Shown here in pieces: positions 57,912 through 64,000 of a DNA stretch of 64,000 nucleotides; position 1 is the first letter of the stretch; each line of letters begins with the position of its first letter. Both the position numbers and the translations under genes were made by a program. This DNA comes from an uncultured virus (IMG/VR IMGVR_UViG_3300032164_000005) (taxonomy: Duplodnaviria; Heunggongvirae; Uroviricota; Caudoviricetes), in the IMG/VR virus record IMGVR_UViG_3300032164_000005; one strand, 5' to 3'. The notes beneath the pieces were generated by a model. It did no database searches. It was not told the DNA's origin and saw only the letters and a list, made by a program, of their open reading frames with translations.

Positions 57912-58157
57912 ATGGCACGTCGTCGTCGTCGTCGTCTCAATCCGACAACGCCCGAAGGGGCAGTTCTCGGCACGGCTGCCATCGGCGGTCTCCTCGCGAG
58001 CCTGTACTACGCGGTCACGGCCGTCGGGACGTCGATGAATCCGTCGGAGTCGCGTCGCCGTGCCATGCTTTCGGGCGGCATACTCCTCGGCACGATGACC
58101 GTGTTCGCTCTGACCGGCGAGGCTTCCGCGCGGCGACGCGAAGGGCGCGCGACTTGA
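57912..58157 (+). CDS. small two-TM protein with N-terminal RRRRRRLNP
   Basis: Motif plus two hydrophobic helices. Confidence 0.7.
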   Translation: MARRRRRRLNPTTPEGAVLGTAAIGGLLASLYYAVTAVGTSMNPSESRRRAMLSGGILLGTMTVFALTGEASARRREGRAT

Positions 58158-58197
58158 GACTTGTGCGCGAGGCGAATCGCTGACATATGCTAGCGGT

Positions 58198-58539
58198 ATG
58201 CACGCTCGTCGTCTGAACCAGCAGATCATCGAACTGCTGCCTCCTGCCGTGATCGACACCACGGGGGTCGCGTTGATGGCTCGAGATGCTCACGGCTGCG
58301 GACGAGCGCGTGACTGGCTCTTGGACGGGAGCAGGTCAGACTTCAGCCGCGACTCGCTGAACGTCATCGGGAAGGCCTTGGACTACGCGAAGCAGCACGA
58401 CGGGCTGCGGCGCATGGTCCTGGTGATCCCGCAGGCGATGGGTAGGATCGTGGCAAAAGGCCTGCTCACTCACGCGCCGGTCGCGGTCGTGGTGGTCGAG
58501 ACGCGCGCCGAGGCGCTCAACATTCTGGGGGCACGATGA
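58198..58539 (+). CDS. hypothetical protein
   Basis: Leaderless TATGCT-6-ATG. Confidence 0.55.
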   Translation: MHARRLNQQIIELLPPAVIDTTGVALMARDAHGCGRARDWLLDGSRSDFSRDSLNVIGKALDYAKQHDGLRRMVLVIPQAMGRIVAKGLLTHAPVAVVVVETRAEALNILGAR

Positions 58540-58808
58540 CGAAGGATGAACTGATGGCCCTGCTCGCCGAGATGGACGACGAGATCATCCTGGCGGACGG
58601 ATTCGAGGATGCTTTCGTCGGGATCGCCGAGAGGTGCTCGAGCCTGCGCGTCGCGGTGTACGACTACGCCAGGGCCGTCGAGGTGTTGATGAAGCGGGAT
58701 GGGTCCACGCACGAGGACGCGGTCGAGTACCTGGACTTCAACGTGCTGGGCGCGTACGTGGGCGAGCAGACGCCCTGGTTCATCACGTACCGGCCGCCGC
58801 CGAAGTAG
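58536..58808 (+). CDS. phage hypothetical protein
   Basis: ADGFEDAFVG...AVYDY...EYLDFNVLGAYVGEQTP motif. Confidence 0.75.
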   Translation: MTKDELMALLAEMDDEIILADGFEDAFVGIAERCSSLRVAVYDYARAVEVLMKRDGSTHEDAVEYLDFNVLGAYVGEQTPWFITYRPPPK

Positions 58809-59081
58809 TCACCGTCGCGGGCGTCGCGGATCGACCGTCACCCCTTCGAGGATCATCGGCTGATACCTCGTACCGAACTTCAGTGACCGGATAACCTCGG
58901 CCGCATCGACCCTGCTGGTCGTGAAGATGGACGCGACCTTCTTCTTGCCGCTGTGCGCGATCACCGCGTATCCATCGAGGCCCTTGTACGAAGCGGGGTG
59001 GACGCGGAATACCATCGCGGGTCGTTGTTTGCTCATGGTCGTGATCCTAACAGGGAGACGCCCTGGTTCATCACGTACCGG
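58768..59081. repeat. 26-bp direct repeat pair
   Basis: AGACGCCCTGGTTCATCACGTACCGG at 58768-58793 and 59056-59081. Confidence 0.85.
58809..59036 (-). CDS. hypothetical protein (leaderless)
   Basis: TGTTAGGAT-7-ATG. Confidence 0.55.
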   Translation of the reverse strand: MSKQRPAMVFRVHPASYKGLDGYAVIAHSGKKKVASIFTTSRVDAAEVIRSLKFGTRYQPMILEGVTVDPRRPRR

Positions 59082-59223
59082 TCGTAGCCGGATGCGTGGG
59101 GGTGGGGTACGAGAAGAAGATGATGTAGACGGCCAGCGCGCCAAGCAGGATCGCTCCTGGCGTCACCTTCTTGCCGGTCAGAATCTGAGAAATGGCGTCT
59201 GGATTGGTTCGTCGCCTGCTCAT
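59071..59223 (-). CDS. 50-aa TM peptide with RRRTNP (absent from the ORF track)
   Basis: MSRRRTNPDAISQILTGKKVTPGAILLGALAVYIIFFSYPTPTHPATTGT; leaderless TGTTAGGAT-7-ATG. Confidence 0.65.
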   Translation of the reverse strand: MSRRRTNPDAISQILTGKKVTPGAILLGALAVYIIFFSYPTPTHPATTGT

Positions 59224-59411
59224 GGTCGCGATCCTAACACGGCATCCAGACGGCCTCGACGCCGTCGGTCGTGAAGCCAGATGCCACCAGGACGCCCCGG
59301 AACGCCTCCGGGAAGGCCCGGACGACCACGCGGCGCAGGCGTCGCCCCCGGTAGGCGAAGGCGACCCGTGCGCCCGCCTGCATGGCCTGCTGGAGGATCG
59401 TGAGGATGTGT

Positions 59412-59807
59412 TCAGGGCAGTGCAGCATCGTCCACCTCCACATCGTCCATCTGGGGGCGCGTCCCCTGGGCCCCGCCGGGCATGTCGTCCAGGGCCGCCG
59501 CCCTTCTCTCGTAGAGCGCGTCGTACTCCTCCTGGGTCACCTTCCTCGCGTCCGGGCTAGCAGGCGCGACGGCAGCTTCCTCGATCTGACGGATCGCGGC
59601 ATCCAGGTACGGGCGCACCCAGGAGTCCAGGAAGAGGCGCAGCGGTGACATCCGGTCGGTCGAGTGCAGCAGTTCGCGTAGCTCGTCGGACAGGCGCGTC
59701 GGGTCATTCAGGTGCTCCTGCGCCTTCTTGAGCAGGCCCATGATCTGGTAGTTGATCTTGAGCTTGGGGCGCGCGTGACCGCGCCCGTTGCGAGGAGTGC
59801 GTCTCAT
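59412..59807 (-). CDS. hypothetical protein
   Basis: Coupled ORF. Confidence 0.55.
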   Translation of the reverse strand: MRRTPRNGRGHARPKLKINYQIMGLLKKAQEHLNDPTRLSDELRELLHSTDRMSPLRLFLDSWVRPYLDAAIRQIEEAAVAPASPDARKVTQEEYDALYERRAAALDDMPGGAQGTRPQMDDVEVDDAALP

Positions 59808-59998
59808 GTCCCTGCTCCGTGTGTGGTCGTGACGTGGTCGTGGATGTCGCCTGACGACGTCGTGGTGTAACCACAGTCGCACCGATACGACACCGCCGTG
59901 TGTCCGCCCGTGTTCTCGGGGTGCCAGAAGTCCGCTGTGCGGTCCTCGAACTCGACCACGGCGCGGGCTTCCTTGTTTCTGAACTCACGACGGTTCAT
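59804..59998 (-). CDS. small Cys/His protein
   Basis: CDCG...H...H; ATGA coupling. Confidence 0.5.
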   Translation of the reverse strand: MNRREFRNKEARAVVEFEDRTADFWHPENTGGHTAVSYRCDCGYTTTSSGDIHDHVTTTHGAGT

Positions 59999-60216
59999 GT
60001 CGTCGCCACCTTTCCTGCTGCGAGGAACGCCTTGAAGTCCGTGCGGAACTTCTTCCACACGAACTGCTGGCACCGGCACCCCTTCGCGATGCAGGGCCCT
60101 TTGCCTTCGCCCATGTGCAGATCCCGGTGCATGGACACCGGGCCGTCGCCCCTGTGCCCGCACTGGCACAGGCTCTTCGGGCCATCGAACTTCATCGCCT
60201 CGAGTACGGTCATCAT
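59995..60216 (-). CDS. small Cys/His finger protein
   Basis: CQCGH...H...C...CRC; AAGGAGG RBS. Confidence 0.65.
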   Translation of the reverse strand: MMTVLEAMKFDGPKSLCQCGHRGDGPVSMHRDLHMGEGKGPCIAKGCRCQQFVWKKFRTDFKAFLAAGKVATT

Positions 60217-60246
60217 CGCGAACCTCCTTCGTGGTACAACTGGGTC

Positions 60247-60363
60247 ATGCGCAGGAAGCGAAGACGGAACCCGGACACCGGACCCGCAGGATGGCTTCTC
60301 GCCGCGACCGTGCTGATCGTGATCGTGGGCTTCGCCGTCGCTCCTAGCGCCCCGCCTCGCTGA
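60247..60363 (+). CDS. 38-aa TM peptide with RKRRRNP
   Basis: MRRKRRRNPDTGP plus TM; leaderless TGGTACAAC-6-ATG. Confidence 0.6.
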   Translation: MRRKRRRNPDTGPAGWLLAATVLIVIVGFAVAPSAPPR

Positions 60364-60538
60364 TCTCGATGTGCTCCATCAGCATCGCCTGCTCCAGGCC
60401 CATCACGGTCCGCTGCCCACACGCCGGGCAGGGATACCCCTCGGCATCGGGCTCGGTCTCGCTCCGTGTGATCTCGTTGCACGCGGTGCAGTACCCCGCG
60501 TACTCCTCGGTGCCCGCGTAGTACGCATCGCTGGTCAT
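60344..60538 (-). CDS. small Zn-ribbon phage protein
   Basis: GYCTAC...EPDAEGYPCPACG; GAGGAGG upstream. Confidence 0.65.
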   Translation of the reverse strand: MTSDAYYAGTEEYAGYCTACNEITRSETEPDAEGYPCPACGQRTVMGLEQAMLMEHIEISEAGR

Positions 60539-60543
60539 CACGA

Positions 60544-61464
60544 TCACGCCGCTACCTCCTCGGCGACCTTCTCGGACGCCTCGCCCCCGACGTTCAGCGC
60601 GTCGAGGATCGTGTTCGCGGCCTTCACGATCCGCTCGCCCACGCGGGCGATGATCTTCGTGGCCGGGTCGCCGCCGTTCTGCGCCCAGGTCGCGACGTAG
60701 GGGAACGAGTAGCACCCGGTGTCCAGGCCGAGGGCGTGCGAGACGATGAACGCCACGCTCTCTGCCTCGACCTCGCACACGGGGCGCTCGTGGCGCTCGT
60801 CGGACCCGTGGAGCAGAGAGTGCGCGACCTCGTGGACGAGGGTCTTGAACTGCTCCGCGCGGTTGCGACCGCCGGTCACGATCACGATCTCGCGTGACAG
60901 GCGGGAGTACCAGCCCTTCGCGCCGCCGCCGAATTCCGTGTCGGTCTCCTGGAAGCGGATCGCCGAGACGGGCGCACCCTCGAGTCCCAGGGCGACGTCG
61001 CGCAGGCGCTCGATGGACTGCTCGAACACCTCGGGCGCGTCGATGCGCGGCAACTCTTTGGACTCAGGGAGGGGCTCGCCGTCGGTCTGGCTGACGTCGA
61101 ACACGGACACGACGCGGAACCGCACGCCCTTGAGCGTCTCGGTGGTCTCGATGCCCTGCGCGTCCGTACGCTTCACGTCGCGCTTGAACGGCACGGGGGC
61201 GAGGATCGCGTGGCTCTTGGCACCGCGCACGACGTGGCGGTTCACGGACAACCACGTCTTGAACCCTGCGACGGCGCGCATGTCCGCGCCCTGGCTGATC
61301 AGGAGTAGCTGGTTCGCGAACGAGTAGCGGCGCGGCGAGAGCTTGCCCAGGGTCGCGCTGGCGGTCAGCACGGCCTTCCAGTCCTCGTCCGTGTTGAGCG
61401 CCGCGAGACCGCGCTGCAGGGCTTCCTGCGCGGCCTTGACCCTGTCTGTCGTCTCGTTCGTCAT
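60544..61464 (-). CDS. ArdC-like antirestriction protein (ssDNA-binding plus HExxH domain)
   Basis: YSFANQLLL, AGFKTW..VNRHV.RG, VFDVSQTDG, LVHEVAH, EVEAESVA. Confidence 0.85.
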   Translation of the reverse strand: MTNETTDRVKAAQEALQRGLAALNTDEDWKAVLTASATLGKLSPRRYSFANQLLLISQGADMRAVAGFKTWLSVNRHVVRGAKSHAILAPVPFKRDVKRTDAQGIETTETLKGVRFRVVSVFDVSQTDGEPLPESKELPRIDAPEVFEQSIERLRDVALGLEGAPVSAIRFQETDTEFGGGAKGWYSRLSREIVIVTGGRNRAEQFKTLVHEVAHSLLHGSDERHERPVCEVEAESVAFIVSHALGLDTGCYSFPYVATWAQNGGDPATKIIARVGERIVKAANTILDALNVGGEASEKVAEEVAA

Positions 61465-61552
61465 CGTCGTACCCTCCACTGGGTCAGACGGCTGCCTACT
61501 GTGATTATTCTCGGAAATCGTAACCGATGGGAATACCGTTCGATTTTGTCGC
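61465..61552 (-). promoter_or_regulatory. conserved promoter/leader cassette, copy 5
   Basis: ATTCCCATCGGTTACGATTTCCGAGAATAAT...CGTCTGAC...GGAGGGT. Confidence 0.8.
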
Positions 61553-61555
61553 TGC

Positions 61556-61613
61556 CGGATATCAGGCCGGGCTCGGATATCTGGCCGGGCTACCCGCCGG
61601 GGCCGGGATATCC
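61556..61613. repeat. 18-bp tandem repeat with GGATATC cores
   Basis: CGGATATC(A/T)GGCCGGGCT twice, plus a third GGATATCC. Confidence 0.7.
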
Positions 61614-61659
61614 GACGAGGGCTTTCCCCGTACGGCATCGCGCTCACGCGCGAGGTCAC

Positions 61660-61746
61660 CGACAGAAAACGACGGTATTCCCATCGGTTACGATTTTGTA
61701 GAATATACCCAGAAGGGCTGCGTCTGACCGTGTGGAGGGTGTGACG
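61660..61746 (+). promoter_or_regulatory. conserved promoter/leader cassette, copy 6
   Basis: CGGTATTCCCATCGGTTACGATTTTGTAGAATATA...CGTCTGAC...GGAGGGTGTGACG. Confidence 0.8.
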
Positions 61747-62073
61747 ATGACGCAGACGACGACGATCGAGTGTCTGGAGTGCGGACGGCGCGACGCGGAT
61801 CGCATGCTGACCCTGCGCGAGCAGGGCCAGACCGAGGGCGGCTGGGAGTTTCCGGTCTGCGCGCAGGACGCAAGCCGCGTGATCGGCCAGTGGTACGCCC
61901 ACACGCACGGCGCGGTTCGCCAGCACGTCCTCGCGACGGGCGACGTGGTCGAGGGGCGCTGGATCAGCCGCGAGGCGGTGCTGGCGCTCAGCAAGCGTGG
62001 GATCTGGTTCGCGGGCGGGACCATCATCGACGATGGGGCGATCGAGACTGTCTACCGTGGGAGGACGCGATGA
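61747..62073 (+). CDS. hypothetical protein (cassette-driven)
   Basis: CLECG...C; start set by the cassette. Confidence 0.65.
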   Translation: MTQTTTIECLECGRRDADRMLTLREQGQTEGGWEFPVCAQDASRVIGQWYAHTHGAVRQHVLATGDVVEGRWISREAVLALSKRGIWFAGGTIIDDGAIETVYRGRTR

Positions 62074-62555
62074 GCACGATGTTCGAGACCTCGATGGCCC
62101 GGTCCGGGCAGATCACCGTGACCGCATGGCTCGACCCGATCCTCGGCGTCGTCACCGTGCAGCACGGCACCCGCGTGACCAACCGGATCCTGGTCGGTCG
62201 CCGCGCACCGGACTGGTCGGTCCGAGAACTGATCGCCTCGGCGATCGGCTGTGGCGTCGGTGCGGTAGGCGCACGGATGGACGACGACTCGTGCGACCAG
62301 TGCGGTCGCCACGTCGATCGGTGCCAGTGTCCTGCCGAGGACGACGGCGGCGACGCCATGCTGTCCGTCGAGACCGCGCTCGGGCTCGCCGAGACGCTGC
62401 GGTCGGACGGGCTGCGCGCCGAGGTGCGTGGCGACTCGATCGTGTTCGCGGGCGGCGCGTACGGAGAGCACTCGCTGTACATCCCGGTCTCGAGCAGGGA
62501 TCGCGTGATGGCGCACTGGAACGGGTACGTGACCAACAACGGCAGGAGTCTGTGA
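62070..62555 (+). CDS. hypothetical protein
   Basis: ATGA coupling. Confidence 0.6.
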   Translation: MSTMFETSMARSGQITVTAWLDPILGVVTVQHGTRVTNRILVGRRAPDWSVRELIASAIGCGVGAVGARMDDDSCDQCGRHVDRCQCPAEDDGGDAMLSVETALGLAETLRSDGLRAEVRGDSIVFAGGAYGEHSLYIPVSSRDRVMAHWNGYVTNNGRSL

Positions 62556-62809
62556 TGAGCCTTCAGGCGTACTATCAGGACTTCTGCCGGGGCTTCTGGG
62601 CGGATCCCGACGCGCGAGAGTGCGCGTGCCGTGGGTCCGGTTACGCCCTCTCGGACGTCGATACGTGGCACAAGTGCCGCTACCACCACGTTTCGGGGCA
62701 GCCGCACCCGGAGGACGAGCCCGTGCGGGACGAGGCCGCTGACGATCGGTCCGAGGCGGACATCGAGGCGGCACACCGGCAGGCGAACGACATCAACGGC
62801 GCAGAATGA
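62555..62809 (+). CDS. hypothetical protein
   Basis: CACRGSG..LSDVDTWHKC. Confidence 0.6.
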   Translation: MSLQAYYQDFCRGFWADPDARECACRGSGYALSDVDTWHKCRYHHVSGQPHPEDEPVRDEAADDRSEADIEAAHRQANDINGAE

Positions 62810-62820
62810 GGAGCACGACA

Positions 62821-63270
62821 ATGCTGTACACGATTGCCAACAAGATTTCTGGGCTCCGCCTCGGCACCTACACCGCGCCAACCAGCGACGCCGCGCTCGA
62901 CGCACAGGCCCGTGACGCGGGCTACGCAAACCGCGCCGACATGCTCTCGGTGATCGGCGGCGACGGATCCGACATCTCGGTCGAACAGACCGAGATCATC
63001 GTGTACGTCGCTCCCGACACCCTCGGCACGGACGCGGCCTACCCCGAGGCTTTCGCCCGTTACGCCGAGGAGCGCCTCGCGACGATCTACGCCGGGGCAG
63101 AGATCACTGTGGAGATCGGCGAGGGGTGCGACAGCGTGCCTGACGGGGACGAGCGCGTGATGCAGGATCTGTGGGACAGCTACTGCGGGCTCACGAACCA
63201 CGACTACGAGATCCTCGCGCTCGCGGTCCCCGAGGACCGGCGCGCGGGCTACCTCACAGGGATCGAGTGA
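62821..63270 (+). CDS. acidic hypothetical protein
   Basis: GAGGAG RBS; ALDAQARDAGY. Confidence 0.65.
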   Translation: MLYTIANKISGLRLGTYTAPTSDAALDAQARDAGYANRADMLSVIGGDGSDISVEQTEIIVYVAPDTLGTDAAYPEAFARYAEERLATIYAGAEITVEIGEGCDSVPDGDERVMQDLWDSYCGLTNHDYEILALAVPEDRRAGYLTGIE

Positions 63271-63282
63271 GCAAGTGAAGCT

Positions 63283-63313
63283 CCGGGTTGCAGGGTACGT
63301 TCCTGCAACCCGG
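63283..63313. other. 12-bp stem hairpin
   Basis: CCGGGTTGCAGG-N7-CCTGCAACCCGG. Confidence 0.6.
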
Positions 63314-63346
63314 CACGACCAGTTTGCAGGAGACACGGAGGTTCAC

Positions 63347-63577
63347 ATGGACACGGGGTACGAGATCCAGAAGCTCGATCGGCGCACCTGGGTGACCGTC
63401 GCTCGCGGCGACGACCTGGAACGTCTTACGACCAAGGCTCTGAAGATCGCGAAGCAGGATCGCACCGACGTTCGCGTTCGCGACTACGGCAAGGTGGTGG
63501 TGTTCACGGCGTACCGCGACGGGGCCTACAGCGGCCGTCGCGCGCCCGACGCCGACTTCGGCGACGGAGAGGGATGA
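63347..63577 (+). CDS. hypothetical protein
   Basis: GGAGG RBS. Confidence 0.6.
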   Translation: MDTGYEIQKLDRRTWVTVARGDDLERLTTKALKIAKQDRTDVRVRDYGKVVVFTAYRDGAYSGRRAPDADFGDGEG

Positions 63578-63689
63578 GACCGATGAATCACGCTGAACTG
63601 GCTACGAGCGCCCCGACGGCGTTACAGGCGCGTTCGAGTGCGTAGCCGAGGATGACGACGGAGTTCTCGGCGGTGCTGGCTGCGAGTGC

Positions 63690-64000
63690 ATGAAGTTCAA
63701 GAAGGCGCGCAACCCAACAACATCGAGCCCGAGTGATCCTCGCGCTTTCGGCGTTCAGGGAGTGGTGGTAGCCTCCACCATCATGCCCTACGCCACCCGA
63801 GTGAACCCGTTCGTCAGCCCAGCCGACCGCAAGAAGGTGCTGATGGCGCTGTTCAAGAAGTTCAAGTCCATGGGCGACGGCAAGGTGATCAGCGGTGGCA
63901 AGCACAACGTGATGCTTGCGACCGAGGGCTACCGCACCGTGACGCTCGAGACGCTGCCGGACGACGAGATCCTGCGTCTCGCGCGCAAGCACGGCATCCT
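63690..64000 (+). CDS. partial protein with ARNP and RVNP motifs (start 63690 or 63783)
   Basis: Open to the window edge; -10-like TAGCCT before the ATG at 63783. Confidence 0.5.
   Translation, partial: MKFKKARNPTTSSPSDPRAFGVQGVVVASTIMPYATRVNPFVSPADRKKVLMALFKKFKSMGDGKVISGGKHNVMLATEGYRTVTLETLPDDEILRLARKHGI

Overview
The whole 64 kb reads as part of one high-GC bacterial virus genome; no host housekeeping genes are seen. 1-9.8 kb (-): small early genes, a DEDDh exonuclease and a recombination cassette (PD-(D/E)XK nuclease, Sak4-like AAA ATPase, SSB). 9.9-18.6 kb (+): HTH protein, SF2 helicase, YspA/SLOG, VRR-NUC and a prim-pol/D5 primase-helicase, followed by an AT-rich putative origin. 19-30 kb and 37-58 kb: a virion/lysis region with no recognisable terminase, portal, HK97 capsid or tail genes. 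Instead it encodes many single-pass membrane proteins, a candidate capsid protein, a very basic repeat protein, three Cys-protease-like genes and three cell-wall hydrolases, which suggests a large tailless, membrane-containing virus (inference). 31-36.7 kb and 59-64 kb: accessory genes, including ArdC-like, driven by six copies of a conserved promoter/leader cassette. The main observations are (1) an Arg-rich 'R(R)xNP' motif in about 19 late proteins, often between apparently independent domains, which suggests a tag-and-cleave system for virion cargo; (2) a 132-nt tRNA/tmRNA-like RNA; (3) the repeated expression cassettes; (4) widespread leaderless promoters. All assignments come from reading motifs by eye; no searches were run.
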